Shown here in pieces: positions 10,110-20,462 of a stretch of DNA of 64,000 bases. The translations under genes were made by a program, and so were the position numbers. The stretch is from Candidatus Latescibacterota bacterium (GTDB lineage Bacteria; Latescibacterota; UBA2968; GCA-2709665), in assembly GCA_965203805.1 (NCBI GenBank), contig OZ241917.1, positions 3,136,001 to 3,200,000 on the forward strand. The letters are read 5' to 3'. The stretch's first letter is position 1; the number at the start of each line of letters is the position of its first letter. The notes below the pieces were generated by a model. The model was not told the origin of the DNA. It did no database searches and saw only the letters and a list, made by a program, of their open reading frames with translations.

Positions 10110-10784
10110 ATGGTTCGGGTGAAGATTTGCGGAATTACGAATCCGGAGGATGCGCTCTTTGCGGTCGCACAGGGTGTGGACGCCCTGGGGTTCATCTTCT
10201 ACGAGCGCAGCCCGCGTTACGTGCATCCGGAACGCGTCGGCAGGATCGTCTCGGCGTTGCCGCCTTTCGTGACGCCTGTCGGGGTTTTCGTGAACACGTC
10301 CAGGGAGGAGATCCTGGCAATAGCGCGGCTGACAGGGCTGCGAGCGGTCCAACTGCACGGCGACGAGACGCCCGCCGAATGTCTGGGATATCCGATTCCG
10401 GTCATCCGGGCATTGCGGGTTGGCGACGGATTCGACCCTGCGTCTCTGAGCGACTTTCCGGTAGACACGTTTCTGCTGGATACGGCCAAAAAGGGATGGT
10501 ACGGCGGTACCGGAGAGACGTTTGACTGGCGGGTCGCATCGGCGGCCGCGGCGCACGGGCGGATCATTCTCTCGGGGGGAATCGATCCGTCGAACGTGGC
10601 AGACGCGGTGCGGACGGTGAATCCGTACGCGGTGGACTGCGGCAGCGGCGTCGAGCACACGCCAGGACGGAAGGATCACGACAGAATCGCGGAGTTCTTC
10701 GAAGCGCTCCGCTCGGCAACCGGTGTTCCGTCCGGGAAACAGATCGCCGAAAACCGGCCGGCGACTCGCGAAGATCCGCAATGA
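10110..10784 (+). CDS. trpF: Phosphoribosylanthranilate isomerase
   Basis: VKICGIT, VQLHGDE and GGTGETFDW. Confidence 0.95.
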   Translation: MVRVKICGITNPEDALFAVAQGVDALGFIFYERSPRYVHPERVGRIVSALPPFVTPVGVFVNTSREEILAIARLTGLRAVQLHGDETPAECLGYPIPVIRALRVGDGFDPASLSDFPVDTFLLDTAKKGWYGGTGETFDWRVASAAAAHGRIILSGGIDPSNVADAVRTVNPYAVDCGSGVEHTPGRKDHDRIAEFFEALRSATGVPSGKQIAENRPATREDPQ

Positions 10785-10868
10785 CGGAGTGCCGAATCAG
10801 CCAGGAAAGGGCGATCCCGGGCAGGTGTGATTCAAGTTCCGTTTTCGGTGCTTTAAAAGGGCTATATC

Positions 10869-12131
10869 GTGGACATCATGAAAGATCTGAATTTTCGGGG
10901 ATACGTCTTTCAGGTAACGGACCCGGGCGGCCTTGAAACGCGACTCGACCGGGGGCCGATAACGCTGTATTCGGGATTCGACCCCACGGCGGAAAGCTTG
11001 CACGTCGGCAACCTGATCCCCATACTGGGACTGCGGCGGTTTCAATTGGCCGGGCATCATGCAATCGGGCTGATCGGCGGTGGCACGGGTTTGATTGGCG
11101 ACCCGAGCGGCAGTAAGGAAGAACGCCCGTTGAACCCGCCCGAGCTGATCGCGGAATATACCGGGAAGCTCACGGAGCAACTGGCCAGATTCCTGGATTT
11201 CGAAACGGGAGTCAATCCCGCCCGCGTGGTCAGCAATCTGGGCTGGCTTTCCGAACTGAAGGCGATTGACTTCCTGAGAGACACGGGCAAGCACTTCTCC
11301 GTGGGCTATATGCTGGCGAAAGAGTCCGTGGCTTCGCGGCTGGAGTCCGGGATTTCTTTCACCGAGTTCAGTTATATGGTCATTCAGGCCTATGATTTCA
11401 TGGAGTTGTTTCGGACACACGGGTGTGAACTCCAGATCGGCGGAAGCGATCAGTGGGGCAATATAACAGCGGGAATCGAGTTGATCCGACGGCGGCTGGG
11501 CGGGCAGGCCCACGGCCTGACGTTTCCGCTGCTGCAGAAAGCCGACGGCACCAAGTTCGGCAAGACCGCCTCGGGCACGGTCTGGCTGGACGCGGAAAAG
11601 ACGTCACCGTACCAGCTGTACCAGCACATGATAAATACCGACGACCGGGACGTGGTGACGTTTCTCAAGCTGTTTACCTTTCTGTCCGAAGACGAGATCG
11701 GAAACCTGGAACTGGAGGTGTCGCAACACCCGGAGAAGCGGGAAGCGCAGCGCGTGCTGGCGGAGGAGGTCACCACCCTCGTTCACGACGGCGCCGCCAC
11801 CGGGCGTGCGCACAGGATTTCCGAGGCGTTGTTCTACGGCGATCTGCGCAATCTGAGTGCGAGAGAGATCGAGGAAGGGTTCAGCGACGTGCCGTCTCAC
11901 GCGCTCAACGGCGCGGCGGAAGCGGGTCTGGTCAATCTGCTGGTGGATGCGGGTATTTCATCTTCGATGCGCCAGGCGCGCGAAGACGTCCGGTCAGGCG
12001 CGGTACATGTCAATGGACTGCGCTGCACCGATGTGGGCCGGACCCTTGACCCTGACGACAGGCTCGCAGGCAGATACCTTATAGTACGGCGTGGCAAACG
12101 CCGCTACTTTCTGGTACGCTGGAAACTTTGA
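10869..12131 (+). CDS. tyrS: Tyrosine--tRNA ligase
   Basis: YSGFDPTAESLHVGN, QIGGSDQWGNI, KFGKT and C-terminal S4-like domain. Confidence 0.96.
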   Translation: MDIMKDLNFRGYVFQVTDPGGLETRLDRGPITLYSGFDPTAESLHVGNLIPILGLRRFQLAGHHAIGLIGGGTGLIGDPSGSKEERPLNPPELIAEYTGKLTEQLARFLDFETGVNPARVVSNLGWLSELKAIDFLRDTGKHFSVGYMLAKESVASRLESGISFTEFSYMVIQAYDFMELFRTHGCELQIGGSDQWGNITAGIELIRRRLGGQAHGLTFPLLQKADGTKFGKTASGTVWLDAEKTSPYQLYQHMINTDDRDVVTFLKLFTFLSEDEIGNLELEVSQHPEKREAQRVLAEEVTTLVHDGAATGRAHRISEALFYGDLRNLSAREIEEGFSDVPSHALNGAAEAGLVNLLVDAGISSSMRQAREDVRSGAVHVNGLRCTDVGRTLDPDDRLAGRYLIVRRGKRRYFLVRWKL

Positions 12132-12227
12132 CGGGCGATTTCGCGACGGTTCCTGTGTATGGGTGTACCTATCAGGATCTGAACAACCGGAACCCGGCAG
12201 GAAAAACATAAAGAGAGGATTCCTTCG

Positions 12228-13205
12228 ATGAAAGCACCGTGGATAACCTATCGGCCGGAACTGAAAGTACTCGATTGTACGATTCGTGACGGCGGATTGA
12301 TGAACGACCACCAGTTCTCCGATGATTTCGTGAAGGCGGTTTATGAAACCTGCGTCGACGCGGGTGTCGATTATATGGAAATCGGTTACCGGAACTCCAA
12401 GGAGATGTTTCCCAAAGACCAGTTCGGGGCTTTCCGACACAGCGACGAAGAGGATATCCGGAAGATTACAGGCGACCATGACCCGGAGACAACCGGCCTG
12501 AAGCTCGCCGTTATGGCGGACGCGGGCAAGAGTGACTGGGCGGAAGACATCCTGCCCGCCGGCGACAGCGTCGTCAGTATGGTACGGGTCGCCTGTTATG
12601 TCGAGCAGATTCCCGAGACCGTCGAAATGCTCTGCGACGCCCACGAAAAAGGGTATGAGACCAGTTGCAACATTATGGCCGTCTCCACCGTGCAGGAGGT
12701 GGAGATCGATCAGGCGCTGGAAGTCCTGATCGAGACGCCCGTCGGTACGATCTGCGTCGTAGACAGTTTTGGCGCATTGTACCGCGAGCAGGTGGATATG
12801 CTCATCCGGAAGTATATGGACGCCGTCAGGGGGACGGGGAAGGAAGTGGGCATTCACGCGCACAACAACCAGCAACTTGCATTTGCCAATACCATCGAAG
12901 CGCTCATTCTCGGCGCAAACCGCGTGGATGCCACGGTGGACGGTCTTGGAAGGGGCGCGGGGAATTGCCCTCTGGAGCTGCTGCTGGGTTTCCTCCGCAA
13001 TCCCAAGTTCAAGATCCGACCCGTGTACAAGCTGCTGGAAGAACATTTCGTCAAATTGCGCGAAGAGCTGATGTGGGGGCCTCTCGTTCCATACAATATC
13101 ACGGGGCAGCACAATCAGCATCCCCGCTCGGCAATGGCGCTGCTGGACGGGAAAGACCGCGACCGCTATCTGGCATTCTACGATCAGGTGATGAGGGACA
13201 TCTGA
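12228..13205 (+). CDS. DRE-TIM metallolyase, 4-hydroxy-2-oxovalerate aldolase-like (substrate unknown)
   Basis: LDCTIRDGG, VDSFG, GIHAHNN and GLGRGAGN. Confidence 0.8.
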   Translation: MKAPWITYRPELKVLDCTIRDGGLMNDHQFSDDFVKAVYETCVDAGVDYMEIGYRNSKEMFPKDQFGAFRHSDEEDIRKITGDHDPETTGLKLAVMADAGKSDWAEDILPAGDSVVSMVRVACYVEQIPETVEMLCDAHEKGYETSCNIMAVSTVQEVEIDQALEVLIETPVGTICVVDSFGALYREQVDMLIRKYMDAVRGTGKEVGIHAHNNQQLAFANTIEALILGANRVDATVDGLGRGAGNCPLELLLGFLRNPKFKIRPVYKLLEEHFVKLREELMWGPLVPYNITGQHNQHPRSAMALLDGKDRDRYLAFYDQVMRDI

Positions 13206-13304
13206 TCGGGTGCGCCCCCGCGCCGGCCGTTGGAGAACGGACTGACTCCCGCCCGGGCGAGGGTCTGAAACCGCCCTGGAACGACATCTCTACAGGAAAG
13301 AAAA

Positions 13305-14516
13305 ATGGCACTTCCCAGAGCAGATGAATTTTCCGGCACATTGCCCGATTCCGGGGGGCATTTCGGTCCCTACGGCGGGCGGTACGTGCCTGAGACGTTG
13401 ATGCCGTTGCTGGAGGACCTGGAGGCAGCCTACCGGGACGCCAGGGACCGTCCGGATTTCGCGAAGGAGCTGAACCGGTATCTCAGGGAGTTTGTAGGAA
13501 GGCCGACGCCGCTCTACTACGCGAAACGACTGACAGCGGAACTGGGTGGCGCCCGAATCTATTTGAAGCGGGAGGACCTCGCGCACACCGGCGCGCACAA
13601 GATCAACAACACGATGGGACAGATTCTGCTTGCCAGGCGGATGGGCAAGACGCGGATCATCGCGGAAACCGGCGCGGGCCAGCACGGCGTGGCAACAGCA
13701 ACCGTGGCTGCGATGTTCGGAATGGACTGCGAGATCTACATGGGCACGGAAGACATGGAGCGGCAGGCGCTGAACGTGTTTCGGATGCGGCTCCTCGGCG
13801 CAACGGTCACGGGAGTGGATTCGGGCAGCAGGACGCTGAAGGATGCGATTAACGAAGCCATCCGCGATTGGGTGACGAACGTGGACGATACGTTCTACAT
13901 TTTCGGATCCGTCCTTGGACCTCATCCGTATCCGATGATCGTCCGTGACTTTCAGCGCGTCATCGGAGTGGAGACTCGACAGCAGATCCTGCGGGCCGAG
14001 GGCCGGCTGCCGGAATGTCTTGTCGCGTGCGTTGGCGGCGGCAGCAATTCCATCGGTCTGTTTCATGCATTTCTCGAGGACGCGGACGTACGAATGATCG
14101 GTATCGAAGCGGGCGGGCATGGAATTGACTCGGGCGACCACGCGGCGCGTTTTCAGGGTGGGGATCTGGGCGTGCTGCACGGGGCCAGGATATATCTCCT
14201 GCAGGACGAGGACGGGCAGATCGCGCTGACCCATTCCGTTTCCGCCGGTCTGGATTATTCCGGGGTCGGTCCTGAACACTGCCATCTGCGCGACGCGGGA
14301 CGGATCGAATATGCGTACGCAACCGACGACGAGGCACTGAAGGCCTTCCAGCTGCTGAGCCGTACGGAGGGGATCATCCCCGCCCTGGAAAGCGCGCACG
14401 CGATCGCGTACGTGACAAAAGCCGCGCCTGGCATGGACAGGGATGCCGTTATTGTGGCGAATCTCTCAGGCAGGGGCGACAAAGACGTGCAGCAGGCGGC
14501 GAAGTTCCTGGATTAG
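13305..14516 (+). CDS. trpB: Tryptophan synthase beta chain
   Basis: [30 protein letters not shown] and NLSGRGDKD. Confidence 0.97.
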   Translation: MALPRADEFSGTLPDSGGHFGPYGGRYVPETLMPLLEDLEAAYRDARDRPDFAKELNRYLREFVGRPTPLYYAKRLTAELGGARIYLKREDLAHTGAHKINNTMGQILLARRMGKTRIIAETGAGQHGVATATVAAMFGMDCEIYMGTEDMERQALNVFRMRLLGATVTGVDSGSRTLKDAINEAIRDWVTNVDDTFYIFGSVLGPHPYPMIVRDFQRVIGVETRQQILRAEGRLPECLVACVGGGSNSIGLFHAFLEDADVRMIGIEAGGHGIDSGDHAARFQGGDLGVLHGARIYLLQDEDGQIALTHSVSAGLDYSGVGPEHCHLRDAGRIEYAYATDDEALKAFQLLSRTEGIIPALESAHAIAYVTKAAPGMDRDAVIVANLSGRGDKDVQQAAKFLD

Positions 14517-14568
14517 CCGCATTTCAAGTTTCGTCCCCAGGCCGGCCACGTAGCACGGGACTGTTCGG

Positions 14569-15381
14569 ATGACAAGAATCGGAAAGCGGTTCGCACTGTT
14601 GAAGAAAATGCGAAGGACCGGATTCGTCGCATATATCACCGCGGGAGATCCGGACCTGGCAACCACCCGCAAACTGGCGCCGGAGCTCGAACGGCGCGGG
14701 GTGGACATTCTCGAGCTGGGGGTGCCTTTCTCCGATCCGCTGGCGGACGGACCGGAGATCCAGCGGGCGTCACAGCGGGCCCTGCGGCGCCGGGTGTCGA
14801 TCGGCGACGTGCTGGATCTGGTGTCGGACCTGCGGCGCGAGACGGAAATACCCATTGTGCTATTTACGTATTTCAATCCGATGCATCGATTCGGTCTTGA
14901 ACGGCTCGTCGACAGGGCGGCAGACGCGGGGGTGGACGGCATTCTGGCGCTGGATCTTCCGCCCGAGGAGGCGGCCGAGTACAAGCGTCTGATGGGTGAA
15001 CGGGGAGTGGACACGGTCTTTCTGATCGCGCCGACGAGCCGCGAGGATCGCATCCGTCGGATCGTGTCATACACCAGCGGATTTGTGTATTACGTGTCGC
15101 GCACGGGCGTTACGGGGGAGCGGGACAGCCTGGAGGAGACACTCGGCGCCAGGGTAGCGACCATCAGACGACATACCTCGCTACCGGTTGCGGTGGGATT
15201 CGGCATTTCAACCCCCGAACAGTCCAGGGAGGTTGCGGGATACGCGGACGCTGTCGTCGTCGGCAGCGCAATCGTCCGGCGAATCGCCGAGCGGCAGACG
15301 GACCCGGATCTCGTTCCTCACATCGGGGCATTCGTAGAAGAACTGGTGCAACCCCTGAAGGGAGCATCCGATGGACCTTGA
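14569..15381 (+). CDS. trpA: Tryptophan synthase alpha chain
   Basis: ELGVPFSDPLADGP.IQ, SRTGVTG and VGFGIS. Confidence 0.97.
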   Translation: MTRIGKRFALLKKMRRTGFVAYITAGDPDLATTRKLAPELERRGVDILELGVPFSDPLADGPEIQRASQRALRRRVSIGDVLDLVSDLRRETEIPIVLFTYFNPMHRFGLERLVDRAADAGVDGILALDLPPEEAAEYKRLMGERGVDTVFLIAPTSREDRIRRIVSYTSGFVYYVSRTGVTGERDSLEETLGARVATIRRHTSLPVAVGFGISTPEQSREVAGYADAVVVGSAIVRRIAERQTDPDLVPHIGAFVEELVQPLKGASDGP

Positions 15382-15664
15382 AGACTGGCGGAAGGAAATC
15401 GACGCCCTGGATCAACAGCTTCTGTCGCTACTGAAACGACGCGCCGAATGTGCGCTTCAAATCGGCATGATCAAGCAGACGATCGAACAGCCGATTTACG
15501 CGCCGGAACGCGAGACATCGATCCTCAACCGTATTCGCGAACGGAACGCCGGACCCCTGACCGACGAAGCGGTGCAACGAATATTCCAGCAGATCATCGA
15601 TGAATCCAGGCGGCTCGAACAGGAGCACGGCGAACGGCAGTCCGGAGACGTGAAACATCCCTGA
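15371..15664 (+). CDS. Monofunctional AroQ-class chorismate mutase
   Basis: L..WRKEID.LD..L..LL..R, IG..K, P.RE and ESRR.E pattern; cluster context. Confidence 0.85.
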   Translation: MDLEDWRKEIDALDQQLLSLLKRRAECALQIGMIKQTIEQPIYAPERETSILNRIRERNAGPLTDEAVQRIFQQIIDESRRLEQEHGERQSGDVKHP

Positions 15665-15678
15665 TACATAAACGGAGC

Positions 15679-16716
15679 ATGCGGCGAATGGCCTTTACGA
15701 AAAACATGAAGATTCCCACACCGGAAGCCGTGCTGGAGGAAATGCCGCTTCCGAAGAAACTGAAGGACGTAAAGGAGCAGCGGGATGCGGAGATCAGGGA
15801 CATCTTCGCGCGCAGGAGCCGTAAATTTCTACTGGTGATCGGCCCCTGTTCCGCGCACGATGAAGATGCAGTATGCGAATACGTCTCCAGGCTGGCGAAA
15901 CTGCAGGAGGCGGTCCGTGAATCGCTGGTTCTGGTGCCTCGAATCTATACCAACAAACCCCGCACGACCGGCGAGGGGTACAAGGGCATGGGGCATCAGC
16001 CGGACCCCCGAAAGGCGCCGGACCTGTCCGAAGGCCTTTACGCGGTTCGTCAGATGCACATCCGCGCAGTCGAGGAGTCCCACCTGACGGCGGCCGACGA
16101 AATGCTGTATCCGGGCAATCTGCCGTACGTCGAGGACTTGCTGAGCTATATAGCCGTGGGGGCGCGGTCGGTGGAAAACCAACAGCACCGACTAACCTGC
16201 AGCGGCGTCGACGTCCCCGTTGGAATGAAAAACCCGACGGCGGGCGATCTGTCTGTGATGTTGAACGCGATTCAGGCCTCGCAGATCCCACACGTCTTCA
16301 TCTATAACGGATGGGAAGTCAGCACCAGCGGCAATTCCCTGACACACGCCGTGCTTCGCGGCGCCGTGGACTTCAGCGGGCGCAGTATGCCGAACTATCA
16401 TTTCGAAGACCTCATGTACGCGGCGGCGCTCTATGGTCAACGGCAGCTTGCCAATGCCACGATCGTCGTGGATACGAATCACAACAATTCCGGGAAGCAG
16501 TTCAGCGAACAACCCAGGATCGGATTGGATGTGATCCGCAGCCGACGGAATTCAAAGATACTGTGCGGAATGATCCGCGGGTTGATGGTGGAGAGCTATC
16601 TGGAAGAAGGCTCCCAGAACGTAAACGAAGGCGTGTTCGGCAGATCCATTACCGATCCGTGCCTGGGGTGGGAAGATACCGAGGCGTTCGTAAAGGACCT
16701 GGCGGAGGGGATATGA
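15679..16716 (+). CDS. DAHP synthase, class I (AroF/G/H type)
   Basis: IGPCSAH, KPRTT...YKG, VGARS.ENQQHR, GMKN and SITDPCLGW. Confidence 0.92.
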   Translation: MRRMAFTKNMKIPTPEAVLEEMPLPKKLKDVKEQRDAEIRDIFARRSRKFLLVIGPCSAHDEDAVCEYVSRLAKLQEAVRESLVLVPRIYTNKPRTTGEGYKGMGHQPDPRKAPDLSEGLYAVRQMHIRAVEESHLTAADEMLYPGNLPYVEDLLSYIAVGARSVENQQHRLTCSGVDVPVGMKNPTAGDLSVMLNAIQASQIPHVFIYNGWEVSTSGNSLTHAVLRGAVDFSGRSMPNYHFEDLMYAAALYGQRQLANATIVVDTNHNNSGKQFSEQPRIGLDVIRSRRNSKILCGMIRGLMVESYLEEGSQNVNEGVFGRSITDPCLGWEDTEAFVKDLAEGI

Positions 16717-16794
16717 TAGCGTACGGGATCGGAAGGCAGGAACGGAGCCGGACGTCCTGCAGGCGCCGCGGCCTCCGTTTCCGAGGATGACCGC

Positions 16795-17907
16795 ATGGCC
16801 AACGATCCTCCGTTTGCGCGTGAGACCATTGCGATTGTGGGTGTGGGCCTGATTGGCGGTTCTCTTGGCGCGGGGTTCAAGAGTCTGGGCATCGGGCGAC
16901 GCATCGTTGGCATCGGCAGGCAGGAGACGCTGGATGCGGCAGGCAATCTGAACGTCATCGACGCGGGCTATCGGTACGAGGAGCTCGCAACCGGGATTCG
17001 CGAAGCCGCGCTCGTCTTCCTCTGCACCCCCATTGCACGTATTCTGGACCTGCTGCCGGAGGTGCTGGCGGCGGCGCGGCAGGATGCGGTCGTGACCGAC
17101 GTGGGCAGCACCAAGCACGCGATTGTTTCCGCCGCGGCAGCCCATCGACGGGTCGGCGTGCATTTCGTGGGCGGGCACCCGATGGCGGGTTCCGAGCACC
17201 GCGGGGTTGGCGCGGCGGATCCGTTCCTGTTTCAGAATGCGATCTACGTACTGACACCCTCGCCGGACACGCCCGATTTCGCGGTCGAAATGCTCTCACG
17301 CCTCGTCAGGACGCTCGGGGCGAGACCGATGAGGATGACGCCCCGGGAACACGACCGGGCGGCGGCGGCGGTAAGTCACCTTCCGCAGATGATGGCCACA
17401 AGCCTGGTTTCCATGATCGGACGGATGACCGAGGCCGAAGGGCTCCCGATTCGGATGGCGGCGGGCGGGTTTCGGGATCTCACGCGCATTGCTTCCAGCC
17501 CGTATGAAATGTGGCGGGATATCTGCCGAACAAACGCGGTCCCGATCCGTGAGATGATCGATCGGTATATCGAGTCGCTGGCGGCGATTCGCGGGGCCGT
17601 GGACGAAGACCGGCTGGAGCAGTCGTTTGCCACTGCGAACCGGGTACGCGGTCAGATCCCGAAGGACTCCAAGGGATTCTTGCATCCCCTGCACGAAATA
17701 CTCCTGGTGGCGGAAGACAAGCCCGGCGTGATCGCCGACGTCGCCCGGACGCTGGCCGCAGCGAGAATCAACATCAACGACATCGAGGTGTTGAACGTCC
17801 GTGAGGGAGAAGGAGGCACCATCCGGATGGGTTTCGATTCACGTCCATGCGCGGAACAGGCCGCAGACATGTTGGGGAAGGCGGGATACAGCGTCAGATT
17901 GCGGTAA
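16795..17907 (+). CDS. tyrA: Prephenate/arogenate dehydrogenase with C-terminal ACT domain
   Basis: GVGLIGGS, TDVGSTK, GGHPMAGSE, HD.....VSHLP, GFRDLTRIASS; ACT-like DKPGVIA. Confidence 0.9.
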   Translation: MANDPPFARETIAIVGVGLIGGSLGAGFKSLGIGRRIVGIGRQETLDAAGNLNVIDAGYRYEELATGIREAALVFLCTPIARILDLLPEVLAAARQDAVVTDVGSTKHAIVSAAAAHRRVGVHFVGGHPMAGSEHRGVGAADPFLFQNAIYVLTPSPDTPDFAVEMLSRLVRTLGARPMRMTPREHDRAAAAVSHLPQMMATSLVSMIGRMTEAEGLPIRMAAGGFRDLTRIASSPYEMWRDICRTNAVPIREMIDRYIESLAAIRGAVDEDRLEQSFATANRVRGQIPKDSKGFLHPLHEILLVAEDKPGVIADVARTLAAARININDIEVLNVREGEGGTIRMGFDSRPCAEQAADMLGKAGYSVRLR

Positions 17908-17992
17908 ATGGATGCATCCGGAACGGGAGACGATCGAGCGGAATCCATGGCTGTCCGTCCTGTAATGACTCCAATTTGAAAAAGGGGCGGTT

Positions 17993-19300
17993 TTGGAATT
18001 CACGGGCTCATTGATTACCGAAGGCGCGATCAGCCCTTCATCCGGGCTGGTGGGGACGTGCGACCTCCCCGGCGATGCTGACGTGTCGATAATGGCCCTG
18101 GCGCTATCGTCCAATGCCGATGGCGTCTCCCGGATTCACAGGTGTTCGCGAAAACCCGATGTCGAGCGTGCTGCGGAACTGCTGACGGCACTCGGGATTT
18201 CGGTCGCGTGGGACGCCGAGACCGCGACGGTAACCGGCGGCGACGTCCGGGCGCCCGCCGACGCACTGCATGTGGGCGGGTCCCTGGTTCTGTTTTCCTG
18301 TCTGGCGGGATTGCTGTCTAATGCGCCTTTTGTCACCAGACTCTCCGGGGTCTCGGCGGATGCAGGCGTCGACCGGATCGTCGATGCGCTCCGCAGCCTG
18401 GGCGCCAGCCTGGAGATATCGCACGAGGACGGGATATCGGCGAGTGTCGGAGGGGACAGGTTAACACCCGGATCCTACCGCGCCGGGCTTCCCGAACCGG
18501 CGGTGAAGTGCGGCATGTTGTTGGCCGGTGTGGGTGTGGACGGGCCCGTCGAACTGGTGCAGGACAGCGGTGGGGATGACGATCTGGAAGTGTTGCTGCA
18601 AGCTGCGGGATGCGGGCTGAAAAAGAGGCGGATCAAGGGCGCCGGAGGTCGTCGGCTGACGTTGGAAGGCCCCGCACGGCTCCGCGGCGTGACTCATGAG
18701 TTGCCGGGCGGTTCGGATGCGGCGCTTGTTCTTGCGCTCGCGGCGGCGATGTTGAGTCGTTCCGAATTGACGGTAACTCATATCGGACTGGATTCGATGA
18801 GCCGCAGCATCGTGGACCTGCTGCGCAGAATGAACGTGTCGATGGACGTGGAGCAATACCGGACTGAGTCCGGCTTTCCCGTACGACGGGTCCGGATCGG
18901 GTCGTCGGAATTGCGTGGCGTAAAGATCGCCGGCGCGACTGCCGGGCGCCTTTTGGACGAGCTCCCCATCCTGGCGGCCGCGGGCGCGGTTTCCAGGGGC
19001 GAAACGATCATTCGGAATGCCGAGGCGTTGAGGGACGGCGAGGTAGACTGCATTTCAGTACTGGTGGAAAACCTGAGAAAGATGCAGGTTCAGGTCGGGG
19101 AGATGCCCGACGGACTGGTTGTAAAGGGCGGTCAACCGCAGGGCGCCGAACTGGATGCCGCCGGCGACGCCCGCGTGACATTGGCGCTCACACTGGCTGC
19201 GCTTGCGAGCGAAGGGGAGACCCGTCTGATGAACCCCGGTCCGGTGGACCGGATGTATCCCGGGATCATGGATAGATTGGCCGCGGTTTCAGTCGGATAG
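17993..19300 (+). CDS. EPSP synthase (AroA)-fold protein with degenerate active-site motifs
   Basis: Length and motif spacing match class II AroA (PGD.., LPG..DAA, LDELP, LR..E.D.I), but most substrate-binding residues are changed. Confidence 0.75.
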   Translation: MEFTGSLITEGAISPSSGLVGTCDLPGDADVSIMALALSSNADGVSRIHRCSRKPDVERAAELLTALGISVAWDAETATVTGGDVRAPADALHVGGSLVLFSCLAGLLSNAPFVTRLSGVSADAGVDRIVDALRSLGASLEISHEDGISASVGGDRLTPGSYRAGLPEPAVKCGMLLAGVGVDGPVELVQDSGGDDDLEVLLQAAGCGLKKRRIKGAGGRRLTLEGPARLRGVTHELPGGSDAALVLALAAAMLSRSELTVTHIGLDSMSRSIVDLLRRMNVSMDVEQYRTESGFPVRRVRIGSSELRGVKIAGATAGRLLDELPILAAAGAVSRGETIIRNAEALRDGEVDCISVLVENLRKMQVQVGEMPDGLVVKGGQPQGAELDAAGDARVTLALTLAALASEGETRLMNPGPVDRMYPGIMDRLAAVSVG

Positions 19301-19384
19301 GCCGCGCAGGTCGTTCAATTGCCCGCCACGGATCGTCGCGACACGATACGCTGCGGGTTAATCATCGGTATGAGGAGAGTCCTT

Positions 19385-19525
19385 ATGAGACTGGTTGTCA
19401 GGTTGTTCCTTCTCGCGTTGCTCGTGTTTCTGGGTGGTGTTGTGTTCATTCGGTACACCTACAATTGTTCCTGGAAAGAGAGTTTTGCAATTGCCGACCA
19501 GTTTGTGTCTGACCTGACCGGGTGA
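19385..19525 (+). CDS. Small single-TM membrane protein (46 aa)
   Basis: GAGGAG RBS before ATG 19385; hydrophobic helix; fills the gap between the aroA-like gene and aroE. Confidence 0.6.
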   Translation: MRLVVRLFLLALLVFLGGVVFIRYTYNCSWKESFAIADQFVSDLTG

Positions 19526-19581
19526 ACGGGTGTGACAGGATTTCGGCTGGCGGGACGCAGCCACAATAAAGTCCAAGTACA

Positions 19582-20460
19582 GTGGGGCTCGTTTTGGGTA
19601 TTGTCTCAACCACGCGGCTGCTGGGAGTGATCGGCGACCCGATTGCCCATTCGCTATCGCCGGACATGCACAATGCGGCCATCGGCGTTCTCGAAACGGA
19701 CTACTGTTACGTGGCATTCCACGTTTTGCCGGACAGGGTTGAATCGGCACTCCGGGGTATGCGTGCATTGCAGATCCGGGGATTGAACGTAACCCTTCCC
19801 CACAAGACCGCGGTGATGGCGCACCTCGATCGGATTTCGGAAGAAGCGCTGGCCGTAGGCGCGGTGAATACGATTTCTTTCGAGGAGGGCGATCTCGTCG
19901 GCTACAATACCGATGTGTACGGGCTGGCCACCGCGCTGGAGCGGACGGCGGGCCTCGCGGTATTGCCGGAGCACTGCGTGATTCTGGGTGCGGGCGGCGT
20001 CGCGAGAGCCGCCGTTTACGCGCTGGCAACGAATGACGACGTGCGCCGCGTGAGCATACTCAATCGGACCGTTGCCCGGGCGGAAGCGCTTGCGCATGAT
20101 ATGGAAAGGATCACGGGAAAGGCAATAGACACGGGCGACCTGACGGCAGACACCCAGTCGAGAGTGTTCGCGGATGCCGGCCTGGTTGTAAACGGGACGT
20201 CGCTGGGGATGGTTCCGGACGTGGAGCGGACGCCGCTGGCCGACACTTCTGCGCTTCACTCTGAACTCGTTCTTTACGATACGGTCTTCAACCCGCTGGA
20301 TACGCTGCTGATGCGGCAGTTCCGGTCCGCGGGCGCGCCGGCTTTTGGTGGACTGGATATGCTCGTGCACCAGGGTGCGCGTTCGTTTGCCATCTGGACG
20401 GGTGTCGAGCCGCCCGTCGACGTGATGAAGCGGGCGATTATCGGACGGTTTCGGGAATAG
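19582..20460 (+). CDS. aroE: Shikimate dehydrogenase
   Basis: GDPIAHSLSP.MHN, NVTLPHK, GAVNT, GYNTD, GAGG.ARA and GLDMLVHQG. Confidence 0.93.
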   Translation: MGLVLGIVSTTRLLGVIGDPIAHSLSPDMHNAAIGVLETDYCYVAFHVLPDRVESALRGMRALQIRGLNVTLPHKTAVMAHLDRISEEALAVGAVNTISFEEGDLVGYNTDVYGLATALERTAGLAVLPEHCVILGAGGVARAAVYALATNDDVRRVSILNRTVARAEALAHDMERITGKAIDTGDLTADTQSRVFADAGLVVNGTSLGMVPDVERTPLADTSALHSELVLYDTVFNPLDTLLMRQFRSAGAPAFGGLDMLVHQGARSFAIWTGVEPPVDVMKRAIIGRFRE

Positions 20461-20462
20461 CG

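Noticed and set aside
10785-10868. T-box riboswitch before tyrS (also checked before argS and cysS)
   Set aside because: The gaps before tyrS and cysS are too short, and I saw no T-box consensus with a terminator in any of the three
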